From assembly GCA_039818205.1 (NCBI GenBank), contig JBCBUK010000006.1:128001-192000 (forward strand): a DNA stretch of 64,000 nucleotides. Reading direction: 5' to 3'. Position 1 is the first letter of the stretch. Every line of letters begins with the position of its first letter. Shown piece by piece: positions 30,390-43,731 of this stretch. The position numbers and the translations under genes were made by a program. Below the pieces are notes generated by a model. It saw nothing but the letters and a program-made list of their open reading frames with translations, searched no databases and was not told where the DNA came from. Source of the DNA: Verrucomicrobiota bacterium. Lineage in GTDB: Bacteria > Verrucomicrobiota > Verrucomicrobiia > Opitutales > Cerasicoccaceae.

Positions 30390-30641
30390 ATGATCGAACT
30401 ATTCACTGCAATGGACGTATCCGCCCTGCAATCCGTCGCTCAAATGACTGGCGACCTTGGCAAGGGTATCACCGCAGGCCTCGGCTGTTTCGCTGCTGCC
30501 ATCGGTGTAGGCTTGGTTGGCACAAAGGCTGTTGAGGCTGTTGGCCGCAACCCGGGCGCATCAGGTAAGGTACTCGTCCAATCCATTATCGGCATGGCGC
30601 TCGCGGAAGCGGTCGCGTTCTATGCTTTGTTCCTATACTAG
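30390..30641 (+). CDS. atpE: F0 ATP synthase subunit c
   Basis: AAIGVG, GRNP loop, essential Glu in ALAEAV. Confidence 0.97.
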   Translation: MIELFTAMDVSALQSVAQMTGDLGKGITAGLGCFAAAIGVGLVGTKAVEAVGRNPGASGKVLVQSIIGMALAEAVAFYALFLY

Positions 30642-30659
30642 TATTCTATTCTTACTTTG

Positions 30660-30696
30660 GATGGGCCCGGTCACCTGACACGGGTTCGGGCCCATC
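30660..30696 (+). other. Intercistronic GC-rich stem-loop after atpE
   Basis: Perfect 10-bp stem gatgggcccg / cgggcccatc. Confidence 0.6.
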
Positions 30697-30717
30697 AACT
30701 TTCATCCACCACGAAAA

Positions 30718-31311
30718 ATGATCGACCCATTCATTACTTTGGCCGCCGCTGATGCTTCCAAGAGTGCGGAGCAAGAAGGGATTTTCGAGAAGTTGATCCA
30801 AACAGCTTCCGATCTCGGAAGTTACTTCCATGTCGATGGCGCGTTGCTGTTCGCGCAGGGCCTCAATTTCATCATCGTTGCCGTGGTGCTGTGGAAGTTC
30901 GCCTTCAAGCCAGTCATGGCGAGCATGGAGGAGCGCCAGAAGAAGATTCAAGATGGCCTCCAGTATGCAGAAGAGATGAAGGCACGTCTGGCGGACGCCG
31001 AAAAGCAAAGCGCGGACAAGATTAAGGAAGCCTCCGGCGAGGCAGCCAAGCTCGTTGCCGATGCGCGCGAGAACGCCAAGAGTTTCCTCGAACAGCAAAA
31101 TCAAGAAGCTGTTCAACACGCTGAAGGCATTATTGCTAAGGCCCACTCCTCGATGGAACAGGAGCGCAAGCAAATGCTCTCTGAGATTCGCAAGGAAGTG
31201 GCTGACCTCGTGGTTTCCGCTTCGGCTAAGGTGCTCGACCGTGAACTGTCGGCCGCCGAGAAGAGCCGCTTTAGCGAATCCGCCGCCAAAGAATTGGCTG
31301 GCTCCAACTAA
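30718..31311 (+). CDS. atpF: F0 ATP synthase subunit b
   Basis: QGLNFII..FAFKPV...ERQKKI then coiled coil; operon position. Confidence 0.95.
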   Translation: MIDPFITLAAADASKSAEQEGIFEKLIQTASDLGSYFHVDGALLFAQGLNFIIVAVVLWKFAFKPVMASMEERQKKIQDGLQYAEEMKARLADAEKQSADKIKEASGEAAKLVADARENAKSFLEQQNQEAVQHAEGIIAKAHSSMEQERKQMLSEIRKEVADLVVSASAKVLDRELSAAEKSRFSESAAKELAGSN

Positions 31312-31333
31312 TTTGATCACTCGGATTTGACCC

Positions 31334-31735
31334 ATGGCCAACGCTGACCAACCCATCAAAGACTTCGCCAAGAAACTGGTGACCATGTCGCTCGATAGCG
31401 AGGGACAGGCGAGCAGTGAGCGTGTGAAGGCGGTACTCGATGCGCTGGGCGCGAATCCACCTCGTCGTTATCGGCTTCTCCTGAAGTTTTACGCCCGGTA
31501 TCTGGCGGTGGAAATTTCCCGTGGACAGGCCAAAATCGATTACGCCGGCCCCCTCGGTGAAGACACGGTCGCCGAGATCGAAAAGAAATTTACGGCAGCT
31601 TACGATCGCAGGATTGTTGCTGTCGCCCAGGAAAAACCCGAGCTCATCGCGGGCGTCCGAGTCACCATCGGTGACGATGTCTACGATTCCTCCGTGGCGA
31701 CCCGCCTCGCTCAGTTGGAGATGAATGTTTCCTAA
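31334..31735 (+). CDS. atpH: F1 ATP synthase subunit delta (short form)
   Basis: PELIAGVRVTIGDDVYDSSV..RLAQL; operon position. Confidence 0.9.
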   Translation: MANADQPIKDFAKKLVTMSLDSEGQASSERVKAVLDALGANPPRRYRLLLKFYARYLAVEISRGQAKIDYAGPLGEDTVAEIEKKFTAAYDRRIVAVAQEKPELIAGVRVTIGDDVYDSSVATRLAQLEMNVS

Positions 31736-31783
31736 TCCCCCACCTTTTAAACAAGCAAAGACCCGTACCCATTTTTTGAAGCC

Positions 31784-33325
<1,542 letters not shown>

Positions 33326-33357
33326 TTCCCGAGTTTAACGCCGAAATTTAGAAATCG

Positions 33358-35678
<2,321 letters not shown>

Positions 35679-35684
35679 GATCAC

Positions 35685-36095
35685 ATGCCGCTCAAACTAG
35701 AAATCGTCACTCCCGAAAAGATCGTCTACAGCGAGACGGTGGAGGAAGTCGTCTTGCCGACCACTGATGGTCAAATTGACGTGCTTCCGGGCCACCAACC
35801 GTTGCTGACCATGGTTGAAGGTGGTGACGTTATTGCGCGCAGCTCGAAGACTGAGCACTTGGCAGTCGACAAGGGTTTTGCCCGCGTTCAAGAGGACACG
35901 GTTTCGATTTTGACGGAAGCTGCGATTGAGGTCGATAAAATCGACGTCAGCTTCGTCGAAGAGGCTCAGAAGCGTGCCGAAGAAGCACTGCAAAAGGCCC
36001 GTGACGAGAACGTTGACCCTGCTCAGATCGAACAACTGGAGCAAGTCGTTCGTTTCGCTATCGTTCAAAAGCTCGCGAAGAAATCTCAGCTCTAA
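35685..36095 (+). CDS. atpC: F1 ATP synthase subunit epsilon
   Basis: LEIVTPE, LPGHQP, helical C-terminus. Confidence 0.96.
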   Translation: MPLKLEIVTPEKIVYSETVEEVVLPTTDGQIDVLPGHQPLLTMVEGGDVIARSSKTEHLAVDKGFARVQEDTVSILTEAAIEVDKIDVSFVEEAQKRAEEALQKARDENVDPAQIEQLEQVVRFAIVQKLAKKSQL

Positions 36096-36117
36096 AGAAC
36101 CGCAGATAACTTTCATT

Positions 36118-36153
36118 GCCCGGTTGCGTTTCACGTCGCCGGGCTTTTTCTTT
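36118..36153 (+). terminator. Intrinsic terminator of the atp operon
   Basis: gcccgg...ccgggc stem followed by tttttcttt. Confidence 0.8.
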
Positions 36154-36160
36154 GGAGCCC

Positions 36161-37162
36161 ATGAGCGAGGTGCCGGATTGGTTGGTTTCGATAATTCAGC
36201 AAGCGGGCGGCTGGATTTCATTTGAGCGCTTTATGGCCGAAGCGTTGTACGACACCGAGCATGGCTATTATCAGGTAAATGTTTCGGCAATTGGGCGTGA
36301 TGGTGATTTCTCGACCTCGGGCACACTCACCCAAGCCTTTGGTGAGGCAATTGCGCATTGGGCGTCCAATCGCGCCCGAACCCTATTCCCAGATAACGAC
36401 TTTTGTTTGATCGAAGTCGGCGCCGGTAGTGGAGATCTTGCTCGCAGTTTGCAGGCGTCGTGGTCTCTGGTTAGCGACCGTCCCTGGCGCTATCAGGCAG
36501 TCGAGACCTCGCAGCGACTCGGTGAGCAGCTGAGTGCGATGGGCTTTCAGGTCGAAACCTCGTTGTCAACGGCGTTGAGAAGTTGTGGTGGGCGGGCCTT
36601 AATCATCAGCAATGAATTGCCCGATGCGTTCCCCGCGCGTCAGCTAATCTGGCAGCATGGGGATTGGCAGGAGGTTGGTGTTGAGCTGCGTGATGGGCGT
36701 TTGGTGGAGGTCTTTGTTCCATTTCGAGATGCGGTAGATGCCGAGGCACTAAGCGAGCCACGCGAGGGGCAGCGTTTGTTCGTCCACCCCCATTACCATC
36801 ATTGGTTGCGGACCGAGCTTGCGGGTTGGGATCGTGGAAGCATGCTCACGATCGATTACGGCGCGGTGTCGCCATCCTTCGAATGCCGGGCCTATCGTGA
36901 ACAACAGCGCCAGGAGGGCGACGCTGTCTATGCGATGCCGGGTTCGCAGGACATTACCTGTGACGTAAATTTTAGCGACTTACGACGCTGGGGCGAGGAC
37001 CTTGGGCTGTCGACCCAACTCAGCGTTGCCCAGTGGGAGTTCTTGGAAGACTGGCTGCCAAACGCGACTGAGCGTGCGAAATCGGATGAGGCCTTGCAGT
37101 TTGTGATGTATCCCTTTGGCGCAGGGGGAGCTTTTCGGGTGCTCGAGCAACAGCGCCAATAA
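36161..37162 (+). CDS. SAM-dependent methyltransferase, MidA/NDUFAF7 family
   Basis: FERFMAEALY..GYY..IGRDGDFST, EVGAGSG, NELPDAFP, IDYG, QDITCDVNF. Confidence 0.9.
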   Translation: MSEVPDWLVSIIQQAGGWISFERFMAEALYDTEHGYYQVNVSAIGRDGDFSTSGTLTQAFGEAIAHWASNRARTLFPDNDFCLIEVGAGSGDLARSLQASWSLVSDRPWRYQAVETSQRLGEQLSAMGFQVETSLSTALRSCGGRALIISNELPDAFPARQLIWQHGDWQEVGVELRDGRLVEVFVPFRDAVDAEALSEPREGQRLFVHPHYHHWLRTELAGWDRGSMLTIDYGAVSPSFECRAYREQQRQEGDAVYAMPGSQDITCDVNFSDLRRWGEDLGLSTQLSVAQWEFLEDWLPNATERAKSDEALQFVMYPFGAGGAFRVLEQQRQ

Positions 37163-37193
37163 AAAACGCCCGCTAGGTAGTCTAGCGGACGTT
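37161..37193 (-). terminator. Terminator between convergent genes (U-tract on the minus strand, for mscS)
   Basis: aaaaaacgcccgctag-gtagt-ctagcggacgtt hairpin. Confidence 0.7.
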
Positions 37194-37226
37194 GATTGAA
37201 ATTCGATGGACGAGTTCCGAAAGCGA

Positions 37227-38138
37227 TTAGCTCGCTTTGTTGTCCATGGTAAACATGTGAACGTCGCTCTGCGGAAACGGAATTGAGATACCTTCCTCGT
37301 CGAGGCGGAGCTTGATGGTTTCCTGCAGGCGGAAGAACACGTCCCAGTAGTCCGAGGTCTTTACCCACGGACGGACGGCAAAGTTTACCGAGCTATCGGC
37401 CATTTCCAATACACCGATGGTTGGTTCTGGTTCTTCCAGCGTGCCGGGATCCTTGGCGATGATGTCGGTGAGGACCTGCTTAACCTTGCGGATGTCATCT
37501 TCGTAGCTGACGCCGACGACCAAGTCCATCCGGCGGGTGTCCTTTGCCGAAAAGTTGGTGATTGGGCTACCGGTAACATTTCCGTTGGGTATGATGATCG
37601 TCTTGTTGTCTGGTGTCCGGAGTTTGGTGTCGAAGATGTTGATCGCCTCGACGATACCAGTGACACCACCCGCTTCAACGAAATCGCCAACCCGGAAGTG
37701 GCGGAAGATTATCAGCATGAAGCCAGCTGCAAAGTTGGCGAGCGAGCCCTGCAGGGCGAAACCAATGGCCAAGGTGGCAGCACCCAAAACGGCGACCACA
37801 CTGGTGGTTTCAACACCCAATTTGTTACCGGCCATCAAGATGACCAATACCATCAGGAAGGTATAGGCAACATTGCCAACAAAGCCGATGAGGGTCTCAT
37901 CAACGTTGCGAGCTTGCATTGTTTTCTTGAGCAGCTTGGTTAGCAGCTTGGCAATCCATTTGCCGATCAGGAAGATCAGAATCGCGACGACCAGCTTGAT
38001 GCCGAAGTCGATGCCGAGGTCTACGAGCTTGCTAATATTTTCCTGAGTGAGATCTTGAGTCAGATCGTCAGTCAGAGAGCTGAGTTGGTTCGCGGCGTTG
38101 TCGACACCGTCAGTCGGATTTGCTTGTGCAATAAACAT
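37227..38138 (-). CDS. mscS: Small-conductance mechanosensitive channel
   Basis: AIGFALQGSLANFAAG, FRVGDFVE, IPNG, VGVSY, GISIPFPQ. Confidence 0.93.
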   Translation of the reverse strand: MFIAQANPTDGVDNAANQLSSLTDDLTQDLTQENISKLVDLGIDFGIKLVVAILIFLIGKWIAKLLTKLLKKTMQARNVDETLIGFVGNVAYTFLMVLVILMAGNKLGVETTSVVAVLGAATLAIGFALQGSLANFAAGFMLIIFRHFRVGDFVEAGGVTGIVEAINIFDTKLRTPDNKTIIIPNGNVTGSPITNFSAKDTRRMDLVVGVSYEDDIRKVKQVLTDIIAKDPGTLEEPEPTIGVLEMADSSVNFAVRPWVKTSDYWDVFFRLQETIKLRLDEEGISIPFPQSDVHMFTMDNKAS

Positions 38139-38253
38139 AGCAGATTTGGTTCTAGGGTTGTGGTTAGCAGAGAATTTTACAGTGTTGCAGAATCGGCCGT
38201 ATTCAAATCGACTAAAGTATTATTTCAAGTCCCGTGCTTCTCAAGTTGGCTAA

Positions 38254-40194
38254 ATGAAGACCTCTAGTATTTCTCTCCGCGTTGCGGACTTCCTAAAGAC
38301 CAATCCGCCGTTCGATCAACTGGAAGAAAAGGACTTGGTGAACCTGGCCGGAGCCGGTCGGGTAAAGTTCCACGAAAGTGGGGAAATTGTTTATGAAGAG
38401 GGAGATACGAGAGGGCGTTACACTTTTGTTATTCAAAAAGGCACGGTGAATCTCTATCGACGCGGTGCTCGCGGAGAAGAATTAATCGATGTGCGCGTCG
38501 AAGGTGACCTTTTGGGGTTTCTGTGGCGCGATGCTGAAAATGATATCCCATACCGGACGAGTGCAAAAACGGCGAGTGATACGATCTTGTATGCTTTGCC
38601 CCGCGATTTGATCCAGGAGATCGGTCAGGATAACCCCTCGGTAGGTGATTATCTTCGTGAGTATTTCGGTGAAGGCTTCAAGCCTCGAACAAATCTTACC
38701 CCAGGCCCAGAAAATGCACGCGGAATCGATGAGCGCCCGGCCCATTGGTTGCAAAAATTTAAACCCGTTAATGATCGCGCATCGAATCGTTTGCTGACGT
38801 ATCGCTTGGATGAGCCGATCTGTGAGGTTGCCCGTCGATTGGCTCCAGGTTTGCAGGAGGCGATTGTGGCTGTGGATAACCAGCTGCGGCCGTTGGGCGT
38901 GATCACGGAGTCTGATTTATCGGGTCGCGTGGCCACGGGGGACGTGCCGGTTGATGCTCCAGCCAGCGAAATTACCTCCCGTTCAGTCGTTACCGTCCGC
39001 CCTGGAATGACGGCTGGTCAGCTAATCCTGGAGATGCTTGCACGGCGGCTGCATCATCTAATTGTTACCGAAGACGGGACCCCTGATTCGCCGGTCATCG
39101 GGATTATCAGCGACCGGTCGATCCAGACGCTCCACGGAAGTATCCCAACATTCCTCGCCAAAGAAATTTCGGTCGCAGATACCACTGAGTCGCTTGCCAT
39201 GTTGCGTGACCGAGCCGATGAGCTACTGCTCCACTATATTGAGGGAGATGCACCGGTGTATTGGCTGTCTGATTTTGTCGCGGAAGTGGACTCGGCAGTG
39301 GTTGAGCGAGCCGTTGCGATCGCTCGGCAAAAACTGATTCAGAATGGGTTGATTGAACCGCCAGTGAAGTGGGCTTGGCTCGCCATGCATAGTGAAGGTC
39401 GCAAGGAGCGATTGCTGCGCTCGCCACAACGAACGGCGATCATCTATGACGAGTTACCGGCGGGCTACGATGCAAACTCCGCCGATGTCTGGTTTGATCA
39501 GTTGGCAACCGAGATCACGGCGATGTTGGCCCCATGCGGATTTCCGCTGGATACGAACGGTCGCATGGCCACGAATTCGAGCTGGCGTGGACCTTTGAGT
39601 GTCTGGAAGGCCCGCTACCAGGAGTGGATTTCGAATCCGGTTGAGAGTAACATCATCACCTTGACGCCCTATTTTGATGCGCGGACTGTCTATGGGGAGC
39701 ATGCTTTGCTTGATGAGTTGCGCATCCACATTCAGGAGTGCATCCATAGCAACCCGCATTTTATCCCGCTTCTCGCGAATGACGCGATGGATAACCTGCC
39801 TCCGGTGACCATCTTTCGCGACACGGTTATGGATCAGTCAGGCACGCTTTGGACCTGCATCGATACAAAGCTCCATGCCATGCTACCGCTGGTCGATCTC
39901 GCCCGGGTGTTTGCGTTGAGCCTCAACCTGGAGGACTCGACCTTTACGCCGTTGCGCTTCAAACGAGTTGGCCGCCACCTGATCGATCATCGCGATTTAT
40001 TTGAAGAGGCGGCGGAGGCTTTCAGCCATGCGATTCGTTTGCAGACGAGACTTGGGCTTAGGCGGGGCGATGATGGTCAGTTTGTGCGGCCCGAAGAGAT
40101 CCCCAAAGTTGAAGTTCAGCGCAGCAAGGCTATCTTCAAAACGATTGTTCGGTTGATGGAATTTTCCTCGGACTACTTTAAACTGCAGGTGTAG
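38254..40194 (+). CDS. cNMP-binding + CBS + DUF294 nucleotidyltransferase-like protein
   Basis: N-terminal PPFDQL cNMP domain, CBS pair (GVITESDL, LHHLIVTEDG), SEGRKE, MATNSSW, PLVDLARVFAL. Confidence 0.88.
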   Translation: MKTSSISLRVADFLKTNPPFDQLEEKDLVNLAGAGRVKFHESGEIVYEEGDTRGRYTFVIQKGTVNLYRRGARGEELIDVRVEGDLLGFLWRDAENDIPYRTSAKTASDTILYALPRDLIQEIGQDNPSVGDYLREYFGEGFKPRTNLTPGPENARGIDERPAHWLQKFKPVNDRASNRLLTYRLDEPICEVARRLAPGLQEAIVAVDNQLRPLGVITESDLSGRVATGDVPVDAPASEITSRSVVTVRPGMTAGQLILEMLARRLHHLIVTEDGTPDSPVIGIISDRSIQTLHGSIPTFLAKEISVADTTESLAMLRDRADELLLHYIEGDAPVYWLSDFVAEVDSAVVERAVAIARQKLIQNGLIEPPVKWAWLAMHSEGRKERLLRSPQRTAIIYDELPAGYDANSADVWFDQLATEITAMLAPCGFPLDTNGRMATNSSWRGPLSVWKARYQEWISNPVESNIITLTPYFDARTVYGEHALLDELRIHIQECIHSNPHFIPLLANDAMDNLPPVTIFRDTVMDQSGTLWTCIDTKLHAMLPLVDLARVFALSLNLEDSTFTPLRFKRVGRHLIDHRDLFEEAAEAFSHAIRLQTRLGLRRGDDGQFVRPEEIPKVEVQRSKAIFKTIVRLMEFSSDYFKLQV

Positions 40195-40197
40195 GCG

Positions 40198-40935
40198 ATG
40201 AACCTCTTTGGCCAAGATGATCCCATTCAATCCTATCGCGATTCCTTTCGGGAATCCTGGGAGGAATCCATGCCGATTGATGAGATTCGGTTCGTTTCGC
40301 TCGATTGCGAAACCACGGGCCTTGATCCGCGGAAGGACTCAATCATCACGATTGGTGCCGTCACCGTGCACGATGGCCAGATCCATCTGGATGATCAGTA
40401 TGAGGCATTACTGAAGTTTTCCTACAATACCTCTTCGGTCGTCGTTCATGGAATCACCGCACAGGAGGCGGCGGAAAATGGAATCGACGAGGCCGAAGCC
40501 CTGGTAGGCCTGTTATCCTACCTGCAAGACGGAGTGATCGTGGGCCACCATATTGGATTCGATGTCGAGATCATTAAGCAAGCTTGTCAGCGTCGGTTTG
40601 GACTCGAGCTCCAGAACCGATGGCTCGATACGATGGACCTCACGTTGAACCTCGAGGACGACGGAATGTTTGATGAAGCTGCCTCGGCGGCTTCGCTAAA
40701 ACGCAAGGCTGAGGAGTCGCCCGATTTCGCCCGCTCAAAAGACTTCTCGCTCGACGGTCTCTGTCGGCGTTTTGGCGTCGAGCCGCACGACCGCCATACG
40801 GCGGCCGGCGATGCGTTTATCACCGCACAGATTTTTATTAAACTGCTGCGGATCGCCAAGCGAGCTGGCCGGACGACTTTGTCCCAGATTGCCGAGCGCT
40901 ATGTGGACCCCGGGCGCGAGGGCGCCGAGATCTAG
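40198..40935 (+). CDS. DEDDh 3'-5' exonuclease (DnaQ-like)
   Basis: SLDCETTG, GHHIGFD, RHTAAGDA; 3 bp after the DUF294 gene. Confidence 0.9.
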   Translation: MNLFGQDDPIQSYRDSFRESWEESMPIDEIRFVSLDCETTGLDPRKDSIITIGAVTVHDGQIHLDDQYEALLKFSYNTSSVVVHGITAQEAAENGIDEAEALVGLLSYLQDGVIVGHHIGFDVEIIKQACQRRFGLELQNRWLDTMDLTLNLEDDGMFDEAASAASLKRKAEESPDFARSKDFSLDGLCRRFGVEPHDRHTAAGDAFITAQIFIKLLRIAKRAGRTTLSQIAERYVDPGREGAEI

Positions 40936-40938
40936 CGC

Positions 40939-41082
40939 TTAGTGGTATCTTAGGCGCAGATCATCCATCATGCGGCGGTAGCCTTTTTCGTTGAGAAGGC
41001 TGACCTGCTCTTGATCATTCGATTCACGATTGAAGCCAGCACAGATTCGCTCGTCTTCATAGACCTCGGGTGTATGTTCCAT
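40939..41082 (-). CDS. Possible 47-aa hypothetical protein
   Basis: MEHTPEVYEDERICAGFNRES...LRYH, ends 3 bp from the exonuclease stop; no family recognised. Confidence 0.3.
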   Translation of the reverse strand: MEHTPEVYEDERICAGFNRESNDQEQVSLLNEKGYRRMMDDLRLRYH

Positions 41083-41250
41083 AATTCGATAGTGTGGTAC
41101 TGGGCTATTAGTAACAACAATGATTATGACGTCGTTGCTCCACTGAATGTTCAATAAGTATCCGAGTTGTTTGCGGTCGGTGAATCTTGCGGGCAAGGGC
41201 GATTCGGGGTTGAATGTTTAGGCAGCCGCCTGCAATGTGCTGTTTCTCTA

Positions 41251-42777
41251 ATGGGACAAGAGGCCTATCAAGTAATCGCGCGACGGTGGCGCCCCCGGCA
41301 GTTCGACGAGATGGTCGGGCAGGAGCACATTGTGCGCACCCTCAAGAACGCGATTGAGAGCGATCGAATCGCCCATGCGTATTTGTTTGTTGGCCCGCGC
41401 GGAACGGGTAAGACCACGACTGCCCGGATTTTTGCCAAAGCCCTAAACGCAGAAGGCGGTCCCAATGTCGCCCCCGATGATTCGACACCGATCAGCCAGG
41501 CGATCCTTAACGGGTCGTGTATGGACGTGATTGAAATCGACGGTGCGAGTAATAACGGTGTCGATCAGATCCGTGACCTTCGCGAAGAGTGTCAATACTC
41601 ACCCACTGAAGGCCGCTTCAAAATTTACATCATTGACGAGGTCCACATGTTGTCGACCGCGGCTTGGAATGCGCTGTTGAAAACCCTCGAAGAGCCACCG
41701 GCGCACGTGAAGTTTATCTTCGCAACAACGGAGGCAAATAAGGTACTGCCCACCGTTGTATCGCGGTGTCAGCGATTTGAGTTTCGTCCAATTCCAGACG
41801 AGCAAATCATTGAGCGATTAAAGCACATCGCGAAAACCGACGGCATCAACGTCGATGAGGGTGCGCTCACGGCGGTGGCCCGAATGGCTGATGGTGGTAT
41901 GCGAGATGCGCAATCCATCCTCGATCAATTGATTTCATTTTGCGGTAACGACATTACCGAAGACAAGGTTCTGGATGTCTATGGCTTGGCTGCGCCGGCC
42001 ACGATTGACGACATGGTCAAGGCCATGGCGGCCGCAGATTATCAGGCCTTGTTCGGCGAAATCGAAACGATTGCGAGCCAGGGCAGAGACCTTTACCGAG
42101 TCCTGCAGGACATTCAATCGCGGACCCGCGCTGCGCTGATCGAGGCGATTCGAAGTGGCGGACACACCGAGACGTTAGGGACACCGCTGACCGCAGAAGC
42201 GCTGACCCGGATGTTGGATGCCCTACAGTCCGGCGAAAGCCAGGTGCGCAGTGGCTTGTCCCAACGTGTAAATTTTGAAGTCTCTCTATTACGAGCTGTC
42301 GATCAAAGCCGCACCCGGGCGATCGATTCAGTCATCAAAGAATTGTCTTCTCTCGCCGCCGGCCTCCCTCAGGATGCCGGCCAAAAAAAAATAGGCCCAC
42401 CGCTTGAGCCGAAGTCCAATGGTCCCATTCCGCCAATGGGGACCTGGGTAACCGTGGTGGCGGATCCTGAAGGTCCGATTGCCCGGGCAACGGGATTGCC
42501 GACTGAGCGCCCGGCGGGCGAGTCTCATCCCGATGGTCCGACGGAGGATGAATGGAACCGCTCCGAGCAATCCGGAGAAGTAATTACCGAGAGCGATGAT
42601 ATTGTCACCGCCGCTAGACCTAGTAAATCTGGGGAGGCTCAGTTGTTTGGGCCAACGACGCCTGAATTCACCGAAGCCGAGAAGGCGATCCATCCCGAGA
42701 CCTTGCAAATGTTGGACGAGTTGTTGCGGGCCGATTTTAAGTACGTTGAAGCCGTCGACCCCGAGGAGTTGAATTAG
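41251..42777 (+). CDS. dnaX: DNA polymerase III subunit gamma/tau
   Basis: [38 protein letters not shown]; start at MGQEAY. Confidence 0.97.
   Translation: MGQEAYQVIARRWRPRQFDEMVGQEHIVRTLKNAIESDRIAHAYLFVGPRGTGKTTTARIFAKALNAEGGPNVAPDDSTPISQAILNGSCMDVIEIDGASNNGVDQIRDLREECQYSPTEGRFKIYIIDEVHMLSTAAWNALLKTLEEPPAHVKFIFATTEANKVLPTVVSRCQRFEFRPIPDEQIIERLKHIAKTDGINVDEGALTAVARMADGGMRDAQSILDQLISFCGNDITEDKVLDVYGLAAPATIDDMVKAMAAADYQALFGEIETIASQGRDLYRVLQDIQSRTRAALIEAIRSGGHTETLGTPLTAEALTRMLDALQSGESQVRSGLSQRVNFEVSLLRAVDQSRTRAIDSVIKELSSLAAGLPQDAGQKKIGPPLEPKSNGPIPPMGTWVTVVADPEGPIARATGLPTERPAGESHPDGPTEDEWNRSEQSGEVITESDDIVTAARPSKSGEAQLFGPTTPEFTEAEKAIHPETLQMLDELLRADFKYVEAVDPEELN
42383..42391 (+). other. A9 slippery sequence in dnaX (candidate slippage/frameshift site)
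   Basis: caa aaa aaa ata ggc; both shifted frames stop within 0-5 codons. Confidence 0.7.
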
Positions 42778-42819
42778 TTCAAGATTGTAATGAATCCTTA
42801 TCTAGGCTATTAATCATAT

Positions 42820-43626
42820 ATGTTTTTGCATCGATCGTTGTGGCAGGTCGGCATTGTGTTGGTTACGATGCTTGTCGCGTGTAGCTTACCTGGCCGAATC
42901 TTCGAAATGAAGGACGGAACCAAAGTTGACGGCGAGATCGTGTCCTTTAAAAACGGAACCATCGTCATCGCCAAGACGGGAGGAGGAAAGGGGCTTTATA
43001 CGCTCTCCGCGTTTTCCGCTGCGGATCAGCAGTATTTGAACGAGACCTTTCCGAGCGGGAGTCAACGCAAGGAGGTTAAAGGGACTACGACTCGGCCGAA
43101 GCCCACGCCTGCCCCTCAAGCTAAGTCGAAGCAATCCGCAACCCCCCAGGCAAAACAACAAGCACGGCCAGCACAGCAAGCACCACACCCGGGGTTGAAA
43201 AATTTGCGAGTGGGTTCGATTCCGCCCGAAATAGCCGCCCGAATTCAAGGTAAGCAAGATAAGCGCGGCTTGGGGGATCTGCGGGGTAAGTTAGTTGTCA
43301 TTCATTTCTGGTCAACGTCTGCGCCGCAGTCCGTTCGGGAGGTTGAGGGTTTGGCCTACCTTTATCGAAAATACCAGAAACATGGCTTTGAGTTGCTGGG
43401 CGTCGCGGTGGACCAGAGTCAGCGCCGACTCAACTCGGTTGAGGAAAGCATGGGGGTAACCTGGCCGATGATTCTCGACGAAGAGCGACGGACAATCGAG
43501 AAGTGGGGCGTTACCGCCTTGCCGACTAATGTTCTGATTGATCAGAACGGTGTCATCGTAAATCCGCACATTTCAGCGAATCAGTTGCAATACGTTCTTG
43601 CCGAGCAGTTTGGGGTGGAAAAGTAA
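42820..43626 (+). CDS. Exported TlpA/thioredoxin-fold protein lacking CxxC
   Basis: Signal peptide, small N-terminal domain, PQ/PA linker, GKLVVIHFWSTSAPQS, WGVTALPTNVLIDQNG. Confidence 0.8.
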   Translation: MFLHRSLWQVGIVLVTMLVACSLPGRIFEMKDGTKVDGEIVSFKNGTIVIAKTGGGKGLYTLSAFSAADQQYLNETFPSGSQRKEVKGTTTRPKPTPAPQAKSKQSATPQAKQQARPAQQAPHPGLKNLRVGSIPPEIAARIQGKQDKRGLGDLRGKLVVIHFWSTSAPQSVREVEGLAYLYRKYQKHGFELLGVAVDQSQRRLNSVEESMGVTWPMILDEERRTIEKWGVTALPTNVLIDQNGVIVNPHISANQLQYVLAEQFGVEK

Positions 43627-43731
43627 TCCGAATTCAGCATTGCCAGTATTCTGCATTGGTCGTTTTCTGGCTTCTTATGCCCGTGTTTCGGGTGTCTGAA
43701 TCGTTTATAATGATGGTTCAAAACTCTACGA

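Noticed and set aside
30390..30641. Na+-coupled ATP synthase
   Set aside because: Subunit c has E-A-V rather than E-S/T and lacks the helix-1 Gln, consistent with H+ coupling
41083..41250. SRP RNA (ffs) or tRNA upstream of dnaX
   Set aside because: No SRP domain IV motif or cloverleaf recognisable
41167..41250. ORF-track N-terminal extensions (dnaX, also ADH from 52719, fdx from 54124, mlaF from 47104, MidA from 36116)
   Set aside because: Longest-ORF artefacts; family homology starts at the downstream ATGs used here
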